Below, piece by piece: positions 31,101-38,192 of a stretch of 64,000 nt of DNA. Position 1 is the first letter of the stretch. Each line of letters starts with the position of its first letter. Source of the stretch: an uncultured euryarchaeote (GTDB lineage Archaea > Thermoplasmatota > Poseidoniia > Poseidoniales > Poseidoniaceae); the NCBI GenBank assembly GCA_937899865.1, contig CALBRH010000025.1, forward strand, positions 44,176 through 108,175. The letters run 5' to 3'. Both the position numbers and the translations under genes were made by a program. A model generated the notes under the pieces. The model worked only from the letters and a program-made list of their open reading frames with translations, had not been told where the DNA came from and made no database searches.

Positions 31101-32972
31101 GTAGTTAGAATGCTAATCTCGCCAATGTTTATTCTTGAAGTGGTCGAATGGGAAGATGAAATGCTGTATCATAGATACTGGAATCGAACATTTGAAGCAA
31201 CTGTCATAAACATGGGTAATCGAGATGTTACTGTAGATTTGACTTATGCAATAAATAAGCCCGGTGGAGTGATAGAAAGTAGTGATTGGATGCTTCAATC
31301 CGGAGCACCTACAAGTCTATTCATGCCAGTCGGTCAAAATATCTCCTTCCAATTTGTTGTTAGCGCTCAAGAAATAAGCCCCGATCTTGGATTATATGCG
31401 CTTCTTTCAGTTCACTTAACTCCGCAGGATGCGGGTATTGATGGCGAAGGATACCTTAATTCAACCCTTAAAATGTCAAGATTCTTTGAGCCGAGCGATA
31501 TTGACCTTAAACCAGATGAAACAGATGGCCCAATGACGGTAGAAATCACGTATTCACACATTCCTATTGGCGCATCTAATGCCGTTGCCTATGAACTTGA
31601 GTTGTGTGCTGCAGAGCGATTATTTGATTTCAGCTCAGCCGGTTTAGATGAATCACTGTACCCATGGTCATTCACACTTGTTGTCGATGATTCTACATCG
31701 GTACCATTGTCTCTATCTCCAGAGGACTGTGGCAGTAGTTCAGCAGGTGCTGAGTCTAGGATTCAACTTCCAACAAGAGAGGCTTGGGATGTTAGCAATC
31801 CGCTAACTATTGTTGTTGACGCACCAAATCGTCCAAATATCATTACTGAGGATGGTTGGGACTTAACATTCAGACTATTCCATCCAACAGAAAATAGTGG
31901 ATATACCGTATTCAATGAGTCAACATTTACTTTCCAGTTAGATGTCTTCGCTGACCCTAGTGTTAGTGAAGTATGGATAAGTTCTGGTACTATGGAAGAA
32001 GGCACAGATGCAACAATAAGTGCTAAAATCCGTAATGATGGAACTGCACTAGCCTTGTTCTTTACCGCCTCTCTAGAATGTTCAGGCTCTACTGTTAATA
32101 CTCAAGTCGATCCAATTGTACAACTTGGTCCAAATAACGAGACAACCGTTAGTTGGGGCATTACTTCAGAAACTATTGATTGGTGGAGGCAATCTATTGA
32201 TGGTACTTGTGTAGTTGAACTTGATACAGACATGATTGCGAAAAATGTCGAAGGAAATGATCGTTATGTCTACAAGGATGAAGTTTACTCTTGGTCTCCA
32301 GGTCAATCTTCATCCTTTGTCGCGTTTATCATCTTTGGATTATTATCACTTGTATTGGCAAGATTAAACGGTCAAAATGAGAAATTCCGTCTGTTTTCGA
32401 TATATTCTGGAATTTTGGCATTTGGTTTTGCTTTCCACTTATTCAATATCATTTTTTGGGGTCCTGCTGTACTTACTATTGCCGCTCTTTGGTTATGGCG
32501 TATGACTTGGATGAGCACAGAAGAATTTAGATTGATTCACGAAGATTATCAAAGAGCAAGGAAAGGTGTATCAACATTATATGCCGACCATTTTCAAGCA
32601 CTTGCAGATAGTAGGAGACAACTGAGAATAATTCTTGCATTGCCAGTATTTGGGTTGTTAGGTGTTGTGCTGGGTATTCCACCTCAAATTGATACCAGTC
32701 AAGAGAATTTAATGACAATCGCTGCATATGTCCTGATATTAGCAGTTGGAGTTTGGATTCTAGTTCGTAGAGCAGATGCAATGTATGGCGCTCTATATGG
32801 CCGATTAACCGATGTAGAAGTTAAGGCAATTCGTATCGAAAGAGATTTATCGGACCCGGCGCGATTATTACATGACTTAGCTAATGATGGAATCGACCTT
32901 GATGCTATTTTTGACGATTTGCACTCTGGCAGAGAGGTTGGAATGGACGAGGAGGTGAGAGAAGATGTCTGA
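28095..32972 (+). CDS. Giant surface protein with tandem CARDB/NEW3-like Ig domains and a multi-pass C-terminal membrane domain
   Basis: GTG start after AGGAGGA; signal TAIAVMLLVMFVTPMA; recurring V.N.G..D.F Ig motifs (LTNTGSQDDF, IENDGNAKGSY, LENTGNDLTSY, VTNSGNLEETF); about five hydrophobic helices near the C terminus. Confidence 0.8.
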   Translation: MEFLLNRGKTAIAVMLLVMFVTPMATPFASSEATTSARASPDFSVTNFVLDGAGSVKDGVNIYVENATHVARIVVSNTGSAAGTVVVSLYHQGSSSSAKTLVSAIEVGPISPGTSHIPVLIDWTASPGNGQSLYAETFSLSDTNSGNNEWRLDFDVRSAPRYLVGTVLSSTIPSPEAGQTEAVIDNGITPINATVQNDGVETITANFKLLFEDPTDPAITHNFETGEIFIDPGSLHVGPIPSNGSINFDGSVLTGIWTLTASVVFIGTGGWTDTHVISTTTVRFSEYSATLSSPADRTTEPGLVTTLNYWLTNTGSQDDFFDIGITSTQGWADMTLNTQQTTSFSPGVTISIQVEVSVPLNAARTDIDTIVLTLTSVNDPTVPRYSLTASTMVMAGESYIAILDMPATTQLVVPGDEVGFNATIENDGNAKGSYDLIAGFSTTSSRWSVRLGATTTAILDLGEVATFSVNITVPPIKMPNDIADHNKEADTLSVWVQAIPSNGGIPVTASTPLEVAPVIVVDPGLEEETIELTVDDVIAAKNGNGVEIFRHMDIEVRHNLNNPLIATVDGLIETGNLSFTPTNSGGFSEITRWNASVSNESLLAMSLGSTKIGALGVQGPDADYPLAGVLSVPVVASIPTPPLIPNLVTTSIERNISINIPSIQGADIVDKGPFDVPLGETTAIPLLLENTGNDLTSYRLSIMDDLPDGWVTSINTAGSGGDTILDLSADVADYPDSGNLHMRDFVLNVATDPQAAAYSIQDVNIKIEDSTSGLLIDIVPVSIRVGPYVNASLSPTSQLVDINTTLAETPLTRVYVTNTGNTPTIYSLWLDDSLAGEVDFTLESPNQILIAPGYTDSVKVRLSATNDADSDGFYKSTLWVSTETGVNMSADIIANVSEQRDLSIDAPFQIGVLPGQDQVVNFTVTNSGNLEETFDVEVAVDGGWVVVPASQSMTLPIDEEIQGSVTVSVPELGEGISLNDGSVHNLTIRLVDPATELTAGVAVVRMLISPMFILEVVEWEDEMLYHRYWNRTFEATVINMGNRDVTVDLTYAINKPGGVIESSDWMLQSGAPTSLFMPVGQNISFQFVVSAQEISPDLGLYALLSVHLTPQDAGIDGEGYLNSTLKMSRFFEPSDIDLKPDETDGPMTVEITYSHIPIGASNAVAYELELCAAERLFDFSSAGLDESLYPWSFTLVVDDSTSVPLSLSPEDCGSSSAGAESRIQLPTREAWDVSNPLTIVVDAPNRPNIITEDGWDLTFRLFHPTENSGYTVFNESTFTFQLDVFADPSVSEVWISSGTMEEGTDATISAKIRNDGTALALFFTASLECSGSTVNTQVDPIVQLGPNNETTVSWGITSETIDWWRQSIDGTCVVELDTDMIAKNVEGNDRYVYKDEVYSWSPGQSSSFVAFIIFGLLSLVLARLNGQNEKFRLFSIYSGILAFGFAFHLFNIIFWGPAVLTIAALWLWRMTWMSTEEFRLIHEDYQRARKGVSTLYADHFQALADSRRQLRIILALPVFGLLGVVLGIPPQIDTSQENLMTIAAYVLILAVGVWILVRRADAMYGALYGRLTDVEVKAIRIERDLSDPARLLHDLANDGIDLDAIFDDLHSGREVGMDEEVREDV

Positions 32973-34176
32973 AGAAAAATCCGAAGAGGAAATAGATTTT
33001 GATCTCGATGATATCCTTGAAGATGAAGTAGTTGATGAGATTCAACTTGAAGATATTGAAATGGAGAACGAGCCTGACGATAGTTCCGAATCAAGTGATT
33101 CAGAAGATGAAGCCTCAGGTACATCATTCCAAGACAGAGTTAGGGAGTACATGGGAGAGTTAGAAGACGAAACTTTCCATGAGCCACCAGTGCAAGTTGA
33201 CGACGAGCCCGAGCCTGAGCCTGAACCTGAGCCTGTTGAAGAGGTTGTAGAATCGACAGATGTATCCGATGATGTCATCAATGAAGTTGAAAGTAGAATA
33301 ATGTCTGCTTCGCGAGAACTTGACAGTTTGGTTCAAGGAGTAATCCAACAAGATAGCAATTCCCTTGCAGCAACTGAGCTGGATATAATGGAAGCAAAGA
33401 AATATCTTTCATTACACAAATTAAAGCGAGCGAAAAGTAGTGTCAGAAAGGCTGAGAAGGCTCTTGTTACACTAGAAGAAGACGTGCTCTATTTGCGTAG
33501 AAGCATTGCAATGTTACACCGTTTGTTGAAAGAAAAGAAAATCGATAGAATCGAGGCAGAAAATATTCTAATCGGTCTAAGGAAGGCTACTTCCAATGCA
33601 GAAATTGGTGATGTTGGTCAAGCGGCTACTGAAATTGAATTCTTAGTTGACGATTTGATTGGCGGTAATACTTCAACACTCAACCCATTCTTTTTCCGCC
33701 ATTTTTGGCTTGGAGTAGATACTCGTTGGCCTGCTGGAGGTGATTCTGGAGTATTGCTTGTTAGATTGATCAATGACGGGCCAATTGCCATGCCGGCAAT
33801 GCGCTTGTCTCCACCAGTTCCAGAAGGTTGGAGTTCAATTCCTTCTTCAGTTGACCTGCCAATTATTGCTCCAGGCGGCAATCTGCCACTAAGATTTGAT
33901 ATCAAGTCTGAAGGCAGATATGGTGCTGACGAAATCCCATTGTCCCGAAAGTTGGCTGTTTCAACAGGCTATGAAATGCGCTCTGGTGAAATAATGGTTA
34001 CAATTAGAGCACAGAATCGCTCTATGGAGCCGCTTTCAGATGTTATACTCTCGCCGTGGTTGCCTCCGGGTTATACTACGGCAAAAGTTCCGTTTGTGGA
34101 ACGTTTATCCCCCGATGAGGTAGCGGTAATTAGAATGCCGCTGACCATCGACATGGGCACAGGAGGTAGTTCCTGA
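32965..34176 (+). CDS. Cytoplasmic protein with an acidic N terminus, helical middle and two Ig-like C-terminal domains
   Basis: Shine-Dalgarno GAGGAGGTGA upstream; 8-nt overlap with the previous gene; no signal peptide; EPEPEPEP linker; NEW3-like RLINDG..PEGW..SVDLPIIAPGG. Confidence 0.75.
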   Translation: MSEEKSEEEIDFDLDDILEDEVVDEIQLEDIEMENEPDDSSESSDSEDEASGTSFQDRVREYMGELEDETFHEPPVQVDDEPEPEPEPEPVEEVVESTDVSDDVINEVESRIMSASRELDSLVQGVIQQDSNSLAATELDIMEAKKYLSLHKLKRAKSSVRKAEKALVTLEEDVLYLRRSIAMLHRLLKEKKIDRIEAENILIGLRKATSNAEIGDVGQAATEIEFLVDDLIGGNTSTLNPFFFRHFWLGVDTRWPAGGDSGVLLVRLINDGPIAMPAMRLSPPVPEGWSSIPSSVDLPIIAPGGNLPLRFDIKSEGRYGADEIPLSRKLAVSTGYEMRSGEIMVTIRAQNRSMEPLSDVILSPWLPPGYTTAKVPFVERLSPDEVAVIRMPLTIDMGTGGSS

Positions 34177-34237
34177 GCCCAAATCATATTCCACCCGTAA
34201 AGCGGGAGGACGAGAAAAAAACAAAAAGGTGAAAAAA

Positions 34238-34831
34238 ATGAAAAGAAAAGAAATAACGAACGAAGAAAGCAATACCCTTGCTGCAATGGGTATCGGTGCG
34301 ATGATTGTATTTATCGCATTGATTCTTGTTGCGGCAGTGGCATCAGCGGTCATTATACAGACCGCTGAAAAGTTGCAGCAGAATGCACAGACCACAGGTG
34401 ACCAAACCCAACAACAGATGGCAAGTAAGATTACGCCGTTGAGTGTTGTTGTGCAAATAGAAGCAGGTGTTGCACCTAATGCTGCAGCCACTGAAGATGT
34501 ACTTAGAGTGACATTTGAACTTGCTCCTGGCTCCGAAAATGTAGACCCAGCAAATGCAGTTTGGAACGTAGTCTGTGAATTAGGCGTTGATGCTGGTGAT
34601 TTAACTGGTTTTGGAAGAGTAAGCACCCACACGCCAGAGCAAATTGCTGCTAACTTACTATACCCTGGTGAAATCTATGAGGTTTCAATAACACTCGGGG
34701 CAGCAACTCCTGGTTGCGATATGGAATTGAATACTGCTCATTACCTAATGTTCCAAGCCGGAAATGCAGGATTCACATATGAAGTAATGAACTATGGTGG
34801 TTCAAATTCAGTTGGGACGGTGATAATTTGA
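34238..34831 (+). CDS. flaB: Archaellin 1
   Basis: AMGIGAMIVFIALILVAAVASAVIIQT class III pilin helix, GSENVD motif, SD AGGTGA upstream. Confidence 0.92.
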   Translation: MKRKEITNEESNTLAAMGIGAMIVFIALILVAAVASAVIIQTAEKLQQNAQTTGDQTQQQMASKITPLSVVVQIEAGVAPNAAATEDVLRVTFELAPGSENVDPANAVWNVVCELGVDAGDLTGFGRVSTHTPEQIAANLLYPGEIYEVSITLGAATPGCDMELNTAHYLMFQAGNAGFTYEVMNYGGSNSVGTVII

Positions 34832-35391
34832 AGTCAAACAAAGAAACCCAAAACAATGACAACTGGGCTGCAATTGGTATTGGTGCAATGATTGTATTCA
34901 TTTCGCTAATTTTGGTCGCAGCGGTTGCTTCTGCGGTTATAGTTCAAACTGCTGAAAAACTTCAGCAGAATGCTCAAAGAACCGGTGAAGATACTTCTGA
35001 TGAACTGTCAGGTAAAATCACAATTCAATCAGGATATATCCAAAATGGTGGCGAGTATGTGCTTTATGTTAGACTAGGTGCAGGTAGCGATACAATTCAA
35101 ACCGTAGATATATCATACCAATTGTATTGTAATGCCGGAGCAGGATATGAATTTTCCCCACTGGATAATACAATGGTTCAATTACAATCTGATGCAAATT
35201 TTGCAGGTGGCGAAGATGAACTATTAGTTGCGGATCCATACAAGATTATGATTACGCCTGTTGAATGTACAGCTGCAGCAGTTAGTGCTGCTGATGGTAG
35301 AGTCGCACTTTATCTGCATGTAGAAGACGGCGGAACCACATACGAAATGTTACAATTTAATGTCGACGATGATGGAACCCCAATTATCTGA
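34828..35391 (+). CDS. flaB: Archaellin 2
   Basis: AIGIGAMIVFISLILVAAVASAVIVQTAEKLQQNAQ; the TTG start overlaps the archaellin 1 stop. Confidence 0.92.
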   Translation: MKSNKETQNNDNWAAIGIGAMIVFISLILVAAVASAVIVQTAEKLQQNAQRTGEDTSDELSGKITIQSGYIQNGGEYVLYVRLGAGSDTIQTVDISYQLYCNAGAGYEFSPLDNTMVQLQSDANFAGGEDELLVADPYKIMITPVECTAAAVSAADGRVALYLHVEDGGTTYEMLQFNVDDDGTPII

Positions 35392-35396
35392 TGTTG

Positions 35397-35429
35397 CTTG
35401 CTGTTGAGAATTAATTTCTCGACGGCAAG
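35397..35429 (+). terminator. 14-bp RNA stem-loop between the archaellins and the motor genes (attenuator or stability element)
   Basis: CTTGCTGTTGAGAA-TTAAT-TTCTCGACGGCAAG gives 14 consecutive pairs including two G-U. Its last base is the first G of the SD GGAGGTG. Confidence 0.6.
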
Positions 35430-35440
35430 GAGGTGTACTA

Positions 35441-36298
35441 ATGGCTTGGCCATTTAGTAATAACACAGGTAATATTCGAGATGCAGATGCCGAACTAAGT
35501 GAAGAGCGACTCAAAATATTGTCAAACGTGGCAATTGAACAGGTCCCACTTCCTGAAGAGGGAGAACTTAGTGAAGAAGATGCATGGACGATTTCACCAG
35601 GTCCGACGAGGGCTAAGATGAACAGCATCGGTAGTGTACCGACAGTGGCACAAACACTGGCGCCATCACAACCCGCTCAAGTCAATGCTCAAGTCGACAC
35701 ATCTGGATTGGAGCGATTGATCAGCAGCCGTCTCGACATGGTCGAGGATGTACTAGGATTGGTCGAAAAACGCCTTGAAGAAAGCATGACATTTAGTCCT
35801 GAAGGACAAAAGGTTGATGCTGAAGGCAATCCAATCGTTCATGATGATTCTGAGGAAGCAGAAATCGGAGCAGGAGATACGATTATCACCGCAAGTGGTG
35901 AAGTTATTCCTGCTGCGGGAGTTAACCGCTTGATGGCAGAAGATGAGGCGCCATTGGTTGAGTTGTATGAAGCCCAAGCTTTAGCAGCCAACCCATTCCT
36001 TGTCGCACCTTCTTCAGGCCCAACAACTGAAGCAAACAAAGTTGGAGCACCGACTGTTGCTGCTCTATTACTTGACAATATGTCGGGTATGGCTGCAGTA
36101 AATTTTGTTCAGAAGGCGATTAATTCAGGCATGCTAAATCAAGATGAAGGCAATTCAGTATTGGCGATTGTTCAACTTGCAACGCCAGGCGAAGCCGAAG
36201 AGGCATTAGAAGACCATCTTCCGCATAGAGAATTGCTAACATTTTCAGCATTGGTAACATCTTGGAGACAAGTAAAGCAACTTAGAGGAGAAGAATGA
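35441..36298 (+). CDS. Divergent ArlC/D/E-like archaellum accessory protein
   Basis: Lies between arlB and arlF; coiled-coil LERLISSRLDMVEDVLGLVEKRLEE; acidic linker; helical C terminus loosely like FlaD/E. Confidence 0.55.
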   Translation: MAWPFSNNTGNIRDADAELSEERLKILSNVAIEQVPLPEEGELSEEDAWTISPGPTRAKMNSIGSVPTVAQTLAPSQPAQVNAQVDTSGLERLISSRLDMVEDVLGLVEKRLEESMTFSPEGQKVDAEGNPIVHDDSEEAEIGAGDTIITASGEVIPAAGVNRLMAEDEAPLVELYEAQALAANPFLVAPSSGPTTEANKVGAPTVAALLLDNMSGMAAVNFVQKAINSGMLNQDEGNSVLAIVQLATPGEAEEALEDHLPHRELLTFSALVTSWRQVKQLRGEE

Positions 36299-36299
36299 A

Positions 36300-36947
36300 A
36301 TGGGAGCATCGGTCGGTATTGGTGGCCTGATTGTTGGCACTTCGATGTTGGTAGTATTAGCGTTAGCCGTTAATGCTGTTGATCTTCGATTAGAGTCATC
36401 ATTAGAAACCATTGAATCGGCCAATGAACTATCACCAACCTTCACTATAGATAATGCAGATATCGCTTTAGGAGCAGTTACTGCATTACAATTAGATGAT
36501 CCAGGAACTGGATATGTAAATGGAACGTTAAGCGCCACAGGCGGCGGTGGTTCTGGATTTTCTGGAACTTTTACAGTCAACAACAGCGGAGCAATAATCT
36601 CATGGTCAATCACCAACCATGGAGATTACTCGTCCGACCCAACTATTGTTATTGACGGTCCGCAACCTGGTGGCGTAAACGGCTCATTTTCGGTTGTTGC
36701 AAGAACTACAGTTGTTGATGTAACCATCACTAATACTGGTTCTGTTATTGTCCCAGTGAACGAAGTATGGATGTTCCTTGATGGAGAAAATGCCCGAAAT
36801 TTGGCAAAGTTAGCGCCTATAACAGACTCCGAGACTTTTTTTCCCGGCGATACAGTTGAAGTTATATGGCGCGGGCATGCAAATAATGTATTTGAAGTAG
36901 CAGCGCTTTCTTGTAATGGATTTAACACCGCAAGAGTACTTGTATGA
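36300..36947 (+). CDS. flaF: Archaellum stator protein ArlF-like
   Basis: N-terminal TM helix MGASVGIGGLIVG..., VTITNTGSVIV, FLDGE and FFPGDTVEV; position before arlG. Confidence 0.7.
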   Translation: MGASVGIGGLIVGTSMLVVLALAVNAVDLRLESSLETIESANELSPTFTIDNADIALGAVTALQLDDPGTGYVNGTLSATGGGGSGFSGTFTVNNSGAIISWSITNHGDYSSDPTIVIDGPQPGGVNGSFSVVARTTVVDVTITNTGSVIVPVNEVWMFLDGENARNLAKLAPITDSETFFPGDTVEVIWRGHANNVFEVAALSCNGFNTARVLV

Positions 36948-36956
36948 GGTATTATT

Positions 36957-37460
36957 ATGGCAGACGGAGGAGCATCTACATTCATTTTCTTGACAACCGC
37001 TCTATTAGTATCAGGTGCAGTTTCAGCAGTACTAATTAGTCAATATGGAGACATAACTTCAGCCATGGAGGCTGAACGTCGAGAAAACGAAGCGGATGCT
37101 AAAACTTCATTCGAATTTGCTGGCGATTTAGCTAATGTGGCGTATGATAATGATCCTATCAACCCAACTGAGACAATCACCTTTTACTTACAGAATACTG
37201 GGGAATATGTCATCGATGAAGGTTCATTATTTGTTCAATTAAATGGTTCTGTAATTGCAGATGCAAATGTTTCCACAACTGTTCTTCCTACTGGAGGCGC
37301 ATGGGGTAATACAAATTTACTCGAGGTTGAAATATCAGGCGCATGGGGCTTTGCGGACAATACTGACATCAATCTTACAGTTTTGGTACAATCTGTTCTT
37401 GTTAGCGGATACCAAGGAGAAGATGTAGAATCTACGGTGGTGAGATTAAATGAATTATGA
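36957..37460 (+). CDS. flaG: Archaellum stator protein ArlG
   Basis: MADGGASTFIFLTTALLVSGAVS N terminus and ITFYLQNTGE motif. Confidence 0.8.
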   Translation: MADGGASTFIFLTTALLVSGAVSAVLISQYGDITSAMEAERRENEADAKTSFEFAGDLANVAYDNDPINPTETITFYLQNTGEYVIDEGSLFVQLNGSVIADANVSTTVLPTGGAWGNTNLLEVEISGAWGFADNTDINLTVLVQSVLVSGYQGEDVESTVVRLNEL

Positions 37461-38181
37461 TGATCCATTGAATTTCCCCCATAAGCCGGTTGAAGACGGT
37501 TTTGCCTTTGATGTAGAAACAGATTCACTCGCCGATACGATGGGACTTAGATTGCCTAATCGCTCACTATACGTCTTACAGGGTGTAGTCGGTGCAGGAA
37601 AATCACTAATATCTCAAAGATTAGTTCACGGAATGCTTGACAACGGCGTGAAAGTTTTAGTTGTAACAACAGAATTGACCACTCGAGGCTGGATAGAACA
37701 GATGGAATCGATTGGTTACGGCATTACAGATGCGTTGCGTGAAGGCCGTTTGATGGTTTTCTCGCGGTTCGGTACAGTTGCAGAAGCCAGAGCAGAAGTT
37801 GGTCTTGAAGAGGTATTGAACAGCGAAGCTGTTGGCGAGGCTGATGTTGTCATACTTGATTCAGCAAGTGCCTTGATGCCTGACAACCTTGACGATAAAC
37901 AGCGTTTTGATTTAATGCAGAAATTGAGAAAAATTACCGCTGAAGGGCGTTCAGTAATGTTATGTGTTGACCCTGATGAAATGGATCACAAATTGTTGCA
38001 TAATATGAGGGCTTCTTCAGAAGTAGTACTCGACCTTTCCACAGCATTAATCGGTGGCGATTTGAAAAGAAATATTGTTGTAACTAGATTCCTAAGAGCA
38101 GCAGGTCCAGTTCAAACAAGCGTTGGTTGGCGTGTTGAGCCAAGTATGGGCTTCATCGTAGATATTACTGCAGTTAGTTGA
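37450..38181 (+). CDS. flaH: Archaellum KaiC-like nucleotide-binding protein ArlH
   Basis: Walker A GVVGAGKS-LISQR, Walker B VILDS, and the C-terminal FRVEP-like WRVEPSMGFIVDI. Confidence 0.92.
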   Translation: MNYDDPLNFPHKPVEDGFAFDVETDSLADTMGLRLPNRSLYVLQGVVGAGKSLISQRLVHGMLDNGVKVLVVTTELTTRGWIEQMESIGYGITDALREGRLMVFSRFGTVAEARAEVGLEEVLNSEAVGEADVVILDSASALMPDNLDDKQRFDLMQKLRKITAEGRSVMLCVDPDEMDHKLLHNMRASSEVVLDLSTALIGGDLKRNIVVTRFLRAAGPVQTSVGWRVEPSMGFIVDITAVS

Positions 38182-38192
38182 GAGGAGTTATC

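Noticed and set aside
33200-33236. GAGCCT-type hexamer tandem repeat
   Set aside because: It encodes an ordinary EPEPEPEP linker. The unit is a multiple of three, so it cannot act as a phase-variation switch.
34213-34238. A-rich run before the archaellin start as a possible slippage or phase-variable tract
   Set aside because: The runs are short and interrupted and lie in a non-coding leader; they are more simply an unstructured ribosome-loading region.
34105-34632. 175-aa antisense ORF over archaellin 1, and similar antisense ORFs over polX, hppA, nadE and mscS
   Set aside because: They are fully nested opposite well-supported genes and are explained by the codon bias of the sense strand.
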